Origin: Eledone cirrhosa
Taxonomy: Eukaryota
Length of the DNA stretch: 64,000 nucleotides
NCBI GenBank assembly: GCA_964016885.1
Contig: OZ024740.1
Location: forward strand, 9,176,001-9,240,000
Direction: 5' to 3'
Below are positions 55,401 through 64,000 of the stretch, one piece after another. Position 1 is the first letter of the stretch, and each line of letters opens with the position of its first letter. The translations under genes were made by a program, and so were the position numbers. The notes under the pieces were generated by a model. The model made no database searches, had not been told where the DNA came from, and was given only the letters and a program-made list of their open reading frames with translations.

Positions 55401-58400
55401 TTCCGATTGGTATGTTAGTCCTCGATTCTTATGTCAGTTTCTATACGTATATCAATTTCGATTGACATGTCAGATTCTATTGGTCTGTCCGTTTCTATTG
55501 GTATATCAGTTTCTATTGGTATGTTAATTTCGATTGGTATATCAATTTCGATTGGTATGTCAGTTTCTATTGGTATGTCAGTTTCTATTGGTATATCAGT
55601 TTCAATTGGTATATCAGTTTCGATTGGTATGTTAATTTCGATTGGTATATCAATTTCGATTGGTATGTCAGTTTCTATTGGTATGTCAGTTTCTATTGAT
55701 ATGTCAGTTTCTATTGGTATATCAGTTTCGATTGGTATGTCAATTTGAATTGGTATATCAGTTTCGATTGGTATGTCAGTTTCTATTGGTATATCAGTTT
55801 CAATTGGTATGTCAGTTTCTATTGGTATATTAGTTTGTATTGGTATGTCAGTTTTGATTGGTATGTCAGTGTCTATTGGTATATCAGTTTCGATTGGTAT
55901 ATCAGTTTCTATTGGTATATCAGTTCCGATTGGTATATTAGTTTCGATTGGTATATCAGTTTCTATTGGTATATCAGTTTCTATTGGTATGTCAGTTCAA
56001 TTGGTATATCAGTTTCTATTGGTATATCAGTTCCGATTGGTATATCAGTTTCGATTGGTATGTCAGTTTCGATTAGTATATCAGTTTCTATTGGTATGTC
56101 AGTTATGATTGGTATGTCAGTTTCTATTAGTATATCAGTTTCTATTGGTATGTCAGTTTCTATTGGTATGTTAGTCCTCGATTTGTATGTCAGTTTCTAT
56201 TGGTATATCAATTTCGATTGGTATGTCAGTTTCTGTTGGTATATCAATTTCTATTGGTAAGTCGGTTTCGATTTGTGTATCAGTTTCGATTGGTATGTCA
56301 GTTTCGATTGGTATGTCAGTTTCGATTGGTATGTCAGTTTCGATTGGTATATCAGTTTCGATTAGTATGTCAGTTTCTATTGGTATATCGGTTTCCATTG
56401 GTATATCAGTTTCAATTGGTATGTCAGTTTTGATTGGTATATCAATTTCGATTGGTATATCAGTTTCGATTAGTATGTCAGCTTCGATTCGTATGTCAGT
56501 TTCGATTGGTACGTCAGTTTCGATTGGTATGTCAGTTTCTATAGGCATATCAATTTCGATTGGTATGTCAGTTTCTATTGGTCTGTCCGTTTCTATTGGT
56601 ATATCAGTTTCTATTGGTATGTCAGTTTCTATTGGTATATCAGTTTCAATTGGTATATCAGTTTCGATTGGTATGTCAATATCGATTGGTATATCAATTT
56701 CGATTAGTATGTCAGTTTCTATTGGTATGTCAGTTTCTATTGGTATATCAGTTTCAATTGGTATATCAGTTTCGATTGGTATGTCAATTTCGATTGGTAT
56801 ATCAATTTCGATTGGTATGTCAGTTTCTATTGGTATGTCAGTTTCTATTGATATGTCAGTTTCAATTGGTATATCAGTTTCGATTGGTATGTCAATTTCG
56901 ATTGGTATATCAGTTTTGATTGGTATGTCAGTTTCTATTGGTATATCAGTTTATATTTATATGTCAGTTTCTATTGGTATATCAGTTTTGATTGGTATGT
57001 CAATTTCGATTGGTATATCAATTTCGAGTGGTATATCAGTTTCAATTGGTATATCAGTTTCGATTGGTATGTCAATTTCGATTGGTATATCAATTTCGAT
57101 TGGTATGTCAGTTTCTATTGGTATGTCAGTTTCTATTGGTATATCAGTTTCAATTGGTATATCAGTTTCGATTGAAATGTCAATTTCGATTGGTATATCA
57201 ATTTCGATTAGTATGTCAGTTTCTATTGGTATATCAATTTCGATTGGTATGTCAGTTTCGATTTGTATATCAGTTTCGATTCGTATGTCAGTTTCGATTG
57301 CTATGACAGTTTCGATTGGTATGTCAGTTTCGATTAGTATGTCAGTTTCGATTGGTATATCAGTTTCGATTAGTATGTCAGTTTCTATTGGTATATCGGT
57401 TTCCATTGGTATATCAGTTTCAATTGGTATGTCAGTTTCTATTGGTATATCAGTTTCTATTGGCATGTCAGTTTTGATTGGTATGTCAGTTTCTATTGGT
57501 ATATCTGTTTCGATTGGTACATCAGTTTCGATTGGTATATCAGTTCCGATTGGTATGTCAGTTTCTATTGGTATATCAATTTCGATTGGTATATCAGTTT
57601 CGATTAGTATGTCTGTTTCGAATCATATGTCAGTTTCGATTAGTACGTCAGTTTCGATTGGTATGTCAGTTTCGATTTGTATATCAGTTTCGATTCTTAT
57701 GTAAGTTTCTATTGGTATATCAATTTTGATTGGTATGTCAGTTTCGATTTGTATATCAGTTTCGATTCGTATGTCAGTTTCGATTCGTATGTCAGTTGCG
57801 ATTGGTATATCAGTTTCGATTAGTATGTCAGTTTTGATTGGTATGTCAGTTTCTATTGGTATATCAGTTTCGATTGGTATATCAGTTTCTATTGGTATAT
57901 CAGTTCCGATTGGTATGTCAGTTTCTATTGGTATATCGGTTTCCATTGGTATATCAGTTTCAATTGGTATGTCAGTTTCTATTGGTATATCAGTTTCGAT
58001 TGGTATATCAGTTTCTATTGGTATATCAGTTCCGATTAGTATATCAGTTTCGATTGGTATATCAGTTTCCATTGGTATATCAGTTTCAATTGGTATGTCA
58101 GTTTCGATTAGTATGTCAGATTCAATTGGTATGTCAGTTTCGATTAGTATATCAGTTTCTATTGGTATGTCAGTTTCTATTGGTATGTCAGTTTCTATTG
58201 GTAAATCAGTTTCGATTGGTATATCAGTTTCGATTGGCATATCAGTTTCTATTGGTATGTCAGTTTCTATTGGTATGTCAGTTTCTATTGGTATGTCAGT
58301 TTCAATTGGTATATCTGTTTCTATTGGTACATCAGTTCCGATTGGTATATCAGTCTCGATTGGTATGTCAGTTTCGATTAGTATATCAGTTTCTATTGGT

Positions 58401-58691
58401 ATGTCAGTTATGATTGGTATGTCAGTTTCTATTAGTATATCAGTTTCTATTGGTGTGTCAGTTTCTATTGGTATGTTAGTCCTCGATTGGTATGTCAGTT
58501 TCTATTGGTATATCAATTTCGATTGGTATGTCAGTTTCTATTGGTATATCAATTTCGATTGGTATGTCAGTTTCGATTTGTGTATCAGTTTCGATTCATA
58601 TGTCAGTTTCGATTGGTATGTCAGTTTCGATTGGTATGTCAGTTTCGATTAGTATGTCAGTTTCGATTGGTATATCAGTTTCGATTAGTAT

Positions 58692-60101
58692 CATCATCAT
58701 CACCGTTTTACGTCCGTTCTTCCACGCTAGCATGGGTTAGACGGGTTGTCCTGTTGTGGGCAGTGTCTGGTCGGCTGACCATGCCTTGCTCATACAGGAA
58801 CTGATCTGGCTTGATTTCTACAGCTGGATGCCCTTCCTAACACCAACCTCATTTACAGTGAGTGCTGGGTGCTTTTTCGTGGCGCCTACACGTCCACTTT
58901 ACAGTGTGGGCTGGGTGCTTTTTTGCCGTGGCACCTCCACGACCACCTTGCGGTGGGGGGAGGGGGGGCATATTGATTATATGCTTCAGCATGTACCCAT
59001 GGGAGGTCGGGTACCCTGTATTACTGCGTGACGCCAGAGGTCACGGTCGTGTGTCATTGACTTTGAGAGGTGTAGTTGGGTAAGGTCGGCTTTTATCACC
59101 TCATCCCAAGTCATCTTGGGTCTCCCCACTCCGCGGTTTCCATCAACTTCTAGTGCTCTGCACCTTTTTATGCAGCTGTCATCCTTCATACGCATCACAT
59201 GTCCATACCAGCGTAACCGCCTCTCCTGCACGCAGCATTTGATTCCTCTTATGCTCAGTCTCTCTCTCAATTCCTTTATGCTTTGTCGTTCACGTATATT
59301 ACTGTTACACATCCATCGGAGCATGCAGGCTTCGTTTCTCTCTAATCTACGTAAGTCTTCCACCTTCAGCGCCCAGATCTCACTACCATGCAACATCGCT
59401 GTTCGGATACACGCATTATACAGTCTGCCTTTCATTCTGAGGGAGAAGCCTTTTGCAGCTAGCAGTGGTAGTAGTTCCCTAAACTTCTTCCATCCCGTTC
59501 TTACCCTAGTTATTGTACTTTCTGAGCACCCACCTCCGTTGCTAATTCGGTCACCTAGGTAGCAGAAGCTGTCTACTGTTTCTACAGGGCCCTCCCAGAG
59601 ATTGGTGGTACTTGTTTCCTGTGGCTGTTTGCTTGCTGTTTCAGCACAGCTGCTGCATGTGAATCCTACAATCTTAATTAAGCTTCCTGAGATCCCGCTA
59701 CATCTCTTGTGTACCCATTGTTTGCATTTGGGGCAAAGAATGGAGTTCCTACCTACACCTTTCCTACATACTGAGCAAGGCCATTTCCCTGAGGGGATCT
59801 GGGTTCTGTTTTCTCGTCTACTTATAAGGACCTTAGTCTTTGTCATGTTGACTTTGAGGCCCTTTCTCTCTAGTCCCTGCTTCCAGGTTTGGAATTTATT
59901 CTCTAGTTCTACCATAGATTCAGCTATGAGTGCGAGGTCATCAGCATACAGGAGTTCCCATGGGCATCCGGTCTTAAACTCCTCCGTTATTGCCTGCAGG
60001 ACTATGATGAACAGGAGAGGGCTAAGAACAGAGCCCTGGTGGACCCCAACCTGTACGCTAAATGCCTCGCTATACTCATTGCCAATCCTAACTTTGCTGA
60101 C
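58692..60101 (-). mobile_element. Independent 5'-truncated RTE LINE insertion, same family, antisense, no TSD (2-bp target deletion)
   Basis: Reverse complement of about 12295-13700 with scattered substitutions. It has a different truncation point and a shorter tail. The empty paralog at 62866-62880 reads attagtat-GT-cagtttctattggtatatcggtttcc. Confidence 0.95.
58986..60101 (-). pseudogene. C-terminal RT ORF fragment, frame open, YADD at 59937-59948
   Basis: The 309-aa ORF 58986..59915 plus upstream in-frame GVHQGSVLSPLLF...KTGCPWELLYADD. About 14 aa differ from the + copies. Confidence 0.9.
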
Positions 60102-63100
60102 CAGTTTCTATTGGTATATCGGTTTCCATTGGTATATCAGTTTCAATTGGTATGTCAGTTTATATTGGTATATCAGTTTCTATTGGTATGTCAGTTTTGA
60201 TTGGTATGTCAGTTTCTATTGATATATCAGTTCCGATTGGTATATCAGTTTCGATTGGTATATCAGTTCCGATTGGTATATCAGTTTCTATTGGTATGTC
60301 AGTTTCTATTGGTATTTCAATTTCGATTGGTATATCAGTTCCGATTAGTATGTCAGTTTCGATTTGTATGTCAGTTTCGATTTGTACGTCAGTTTCGATT
60401 TGTACGTCAGTTTTGATTGGTATGTCAGTTTCGATTTGTATATCAGTTTCGATTCCTATGTCAGTTTCGATTGGTATGTCAGTTTCGATTGGTATGTCAG
60501 TTTCGATTAGTATGTCAGTTTCGAATGGTATATCAGTTCCGATTAGTATATCAGTTTCGATTGGTATATCAGTTTCCATTGGTATATCAGTTTCTATTGG
60601 TACATCAGTTTCGATTGGTATATCAGTTCCGATTGGTATGTCAGTTTCTATTGGTATATCAATTTCGATTGGTATATCAGTTTCGATTAGTATGTCTGTT
60701 TCGAATCATATGTCAGTTTCGATTAGTACGTCAGTTTCGATTGGTATGTCAGTTTCGATTTGTATATCAGTTTCGATTCTTATGTAAGTTTCTATTGGTA
60801 TATCAATTTTGATTGGTATGTCAGTTTCGATTTGTATATCAGTTTCGATTCCTATGTCAGTTTCGATTGGTATGTCAGTTGCGATTGGTATATCAGTTTC
60901 GATTAGTATGTCAGTTTTGATTGGTATGTCAGTTTCTATTGGTATATCAGTTTCGATTGGTATATCAGTTTCTATTGGTATATCAGTTCCGATTGGTATG
61001 TCAGTTTCTATTGGTATATCGGTTTCCATTGGTATATCAGTTTCAATTGGTATGTCAGTTTCTATTGGTATATCAGTTTCGATTGGTATATCAGTTTCTA
61101 TTGGTATATCAGTTCCGATTAGTATATCAGTTTCGATTGGTATATCAGTTTCCATTGGTATATCAGTTTCAATTGGTATGTCAGTTTCGATTAGTATGTC
61201 AGATTCAATTGGTATGTCAGTTTCGATTAGTATATCAGTTTCTATTTGTATGTCAGTTTCTATTGGTATGTCAGTTTCTATTGGTAAATCAGTTTCGATT
61301 GGTATATCAGTTTCGATTGGTATATCAGTTTCTATTGGTATGTCAGTTTCTATTGGTATGTCAGTTTCTATTGGTATGTCAGTTTCAATTGGTATATCAG
61401 TTTCTATTGGTACATCAGTTCCGATTGGTATATCAGTCTCGATTGGTATGTCAGTTTCGATTAGTATATCAGTTTCTATTGGTATGTCAGTTATGATTGG
61501 TATGTCAGTTTCTATTAGTATATCAGTTTCTATTGGTGTGTCAGTTTCTATTGGTATGTTAGTCCTCGATTGGTATGTCAGTTTCTATTGGTATATCAAT
61601 TTCGATTGGTATGTCAGTTTCTATTGGTATATCAATTTCGATTGGTATGTCAGTTTCGATTTGTGTATCAGTTTCGATTCGTATGTCGGTTTCGATTGGT
61701 ATGTCAGTTTCGATTGGTATGTCAGTGTCGATTAGTATGTCAGTTTTGATTGGTATATCAGTTTCGATTAGTATGTCAGTTTCTATTGGTATATCGGTTT
61801 CCATTGGTATATCAGTTTCAATCTGTATGTCAGTTTATATTGGTATATCAGTTTCTATTGGTATGTCAGTTCCGATTGGTATATCAGTTTCTATTGGTAT
61901 GTCAGTTTCTATTGGTATTTCAATTTCGATTGGTATATCAGTTCCGATTAGTATGTCAGTTTCGATTTGTATGTCAGTTTCGATTTGTACGTCAGTTTCG
62001 ATTTGTACGTCAGTTTTGATTGGTATGTCAGTTTCGATTTGTATATCAGTTTCGATTCCTATGTCAGTTTCGATTGCTATGTCAGTTGCGATTGGTATAT
62101 CAGTTTCGATTAGTATGTCAGTTTTGATTGGTATGTCAGTTTCTATTGGTATATCAGTTTCGATTGGTATGTCAGTTTCTATTGGTATATCGGTTTCCAT
62201 TAGTATATCAGTTTCAATTGGTATGTCAGTTTCTATTGGTATATCAGTTTCGATTGGTATATCAGTTTCTATTGGTATATCAGTTCCGATTAGTATATCA
62301 GTTTCCATTGGTATATCAGTTTCCATTGCTATATCAGTTTCAATTGGTATGTCAGTTTCGATTAGTATGTCAGATTCAATTGGTATGTCAGTTTCGATTA
62401 GTATATCAGTTTCTATTGGTATGTCAGTTTCTATTGGTATGTCAGTTTCTATTGGTAAATCAGTTTCGATTGGTATATCAGTTTCGATTGGTATATCAGT
62501 TTCTATTGGTATGTCAGTTTCTATTGGTATGTCAGTTTCTATTGGTATGTCAGTTTCAATTGGTATATCAGTTTCTATTGGTACATCAGTTCCGATTGGT
62601 ATATCAGTCTCGATTGGTATGTCAGTTTCGATTAGTATATCAGTTTCTATTGGTATGTCAGTTATGATTGGTATGTCAGTTTCTATTAGTATATCAGTTT
62701 CTATTGGTGTGTCAGTTTCTATTGGTATGTTAGTCCTCGATTGGTATGTCAGTTTCTATTGGTATATCAATTTCGATTGGTATGTCAGTTTCGATTGGTA
62801 TGTCAGTTTCGATTGGTATGTCAGTTTCGATTAGTATGTCAGTTTCGATTGGTATATCAGTTTCGATTAGTATGTCAGTTTCTATTGGTATATCGGTTTC
62901 CATTGGTATATCAGTTTCAATTGGTATGTCAGTTTATATTGGTATATCAGTTTCTATTGGTATGTCAGTTTTGATTGGTATGTCAGTTTCTATTGATATA
63001 TCAGTTCCGATTGGTATATCAGTTTCGATTGGTATATCAGTTCCGATTGGTATATCAGTTTCTATTGGTTTGTCAGTTTCTATTGGTATTTCAATTTCGA

Positions 63101-64000
63101 TTGGTATATCAGTTCCGATTAGTATGTCAGTTTCGATTTGTATGTCAGTTTCGATTTGTACGTCAGTTTCGATTTGTACGTCAGTTTTGATTGGTATGTC
63201 AGTTTCGATTTGTATATCAGTTTCGATTCCTATGTCAGTTTCGATTGGTATGTCAGTTTCGATTGGTATGTCAGTTTCGATTAGTATGTCAGTTTCGAAT
63301 GGTATATCAGTTTCGATTAGTATGTCAGTTTCTATTGGTATATCGGTTTCCATTGTTATATCAGTTCCGATTAGTATATCAGTTTCGATTGGTATATCAG
63401 TTTCCATTGGTATATCAGTTTAAATTGGTATGTCAGTTTCGATTAGTATGTCAGTTTCAATTGGTATGTCAGTTTCGATTAGTATATCAGTTTCTATTGG
63501 AATGTCAGTTTCGATTGGTATGTCAGTTTCTATTTGTATATCAGTATTGATTGGTATATCAGTTTCGATTGGTATATCAGTTTCTATTGGTATGTCAGTT
63601 TCTATTGGTATGTCAGTTTCAATTGGTATATCAGTTTCGATTGGTATGTCAGTTTCTATTGGTATATCAGTTTATATTTGTATGTCAGTTTCGATTGGTA
63701 TGTCACTTTCTATTGGTATATCAGTTTTGATTGGTATGTTAGATTCTGTTGGTATGTTAGTTCCGATTGGTATGTTAGTGCTCGATTCGTATGTCAGTTT
63801 CTATTGGTATTTCAGTTTCGATTAGTATGTCAGTTTCGATTCGTATGTCAGTTTCAATTGGTATGTCAGTTTCGATTAGTATATCAGTTTCTATTGGTAT
63901 GTCAGTTTCTATTGGTATGTCAGTTTCTATTGGTAAATCAGTTTCGATTGGTATATCAGTTTCGATTGGCATATCAGTTTCTATTGGTATGTCAGTTTCT

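Larger units (their letters stand above)
57500..63400 (+). repeat. Local ~1.2-1.7-kb higher-order duplications around the third LINE (boundaries approximate)
   Basis: ORF pair offsets: 57726/60809 (3083, equal to 1675 plus the net 1408-bp LINE), 60921/62128 (1207), 60201/62975 (2774). Shared variants include cagattcaattgg, ggtaaatcag and ggtgtgtcag. Confidence 0.75.
1..64000 (+). repeat. 18-bp tandem satellite array, consensus ATTGGTATRTCAGTTTCK, single orientation, interrupted only by retroelement insertions
   Basis: The monomer is read directly throughout, e.g. 11-28 attggtatgtcagtttcg. Positions 9 (A/G) and 18 (G/T) are dimorphic. The + strand is T-rich. The 6-aa periodic ORFs (IGMSVS, LVYQFR, WYISFD, IETDIP) confirm the 18-nt period. 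The array runs past both window ends. Confidence 0.99.

Noticed and set aside
1-64000. Hundreds of ORFs with IGMSVS, LVYQFR, WYISFD or IETDIP repeats as real genes
   Set aside because: The 18-bp monomer has no stop in four of six frames. ORFs start and end at random variants, overlap in all frames and have no unique termini.
1-64000. CRISPR array or diversity-generating repeat cassette associated with an RT
   Set aside because: The monomers are contiguous with no unique spacers and there are no cas genes. The RT is a eukaryotic RTE LINE with a tail and TSD, not a retron, DGR or group II intron RT.
1-64000. Telomeric repeat, or a retrotransposon-maintained telomere
   Set aside because: There is no TTAGGG-like unit, and the elements occur in both orientations rather than as a polarised head-to-tail array. 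Centromeric or subtelomeric location cannot be determined from this window.

Overview
Eukaryotic satellite DNA with no host genes. More than 85% of the window is one head-to-tail 18-bp satellite, consensus ATTGGTAT(A/G)TCAGTTTC(G/T), never inverted; nearly all ORFs in the track are artefacts of this monomer. Eight non-satellite islands derive from four independent retroposition events of one RTE-clade LINE system. These are: (i) a 5'-truncated RTE LINE (+) at 12031-13714, copied to 38810-40493; (ii) an independent RTE copy (-) at 58692-60101; (iii) a 396-bp 3'UTR-only fragment of a sister RTE family (-), present four times; and (iv) a tRNA-headed SINE with an RTE-derived tail at 6377-6726. The array is built from nested duplications (576 bp, about 1.2-1.7 kb, about 3.1 kb) inside a near-identical ~27.2-kb tandem duplication with a junction near 24.67 kb. 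Four observations stand out. All four independent insertions, on both strands, join their ATG-ending tails to the same AT dinucleotide of the monomer. The RT carries a C4HC3 PHD-type finger inserted between its last conserved motifs. The 3'UTRs of the LINE, the fragment and the SINE share covarying hairpins with AGG loops. Filled and empty sites in paralogous blocks allow the events to be ordered. The SINE and RTE sequences resemble octopus/cephalopod repeats from memory only; this is unverified. All comparisons were made by eye.
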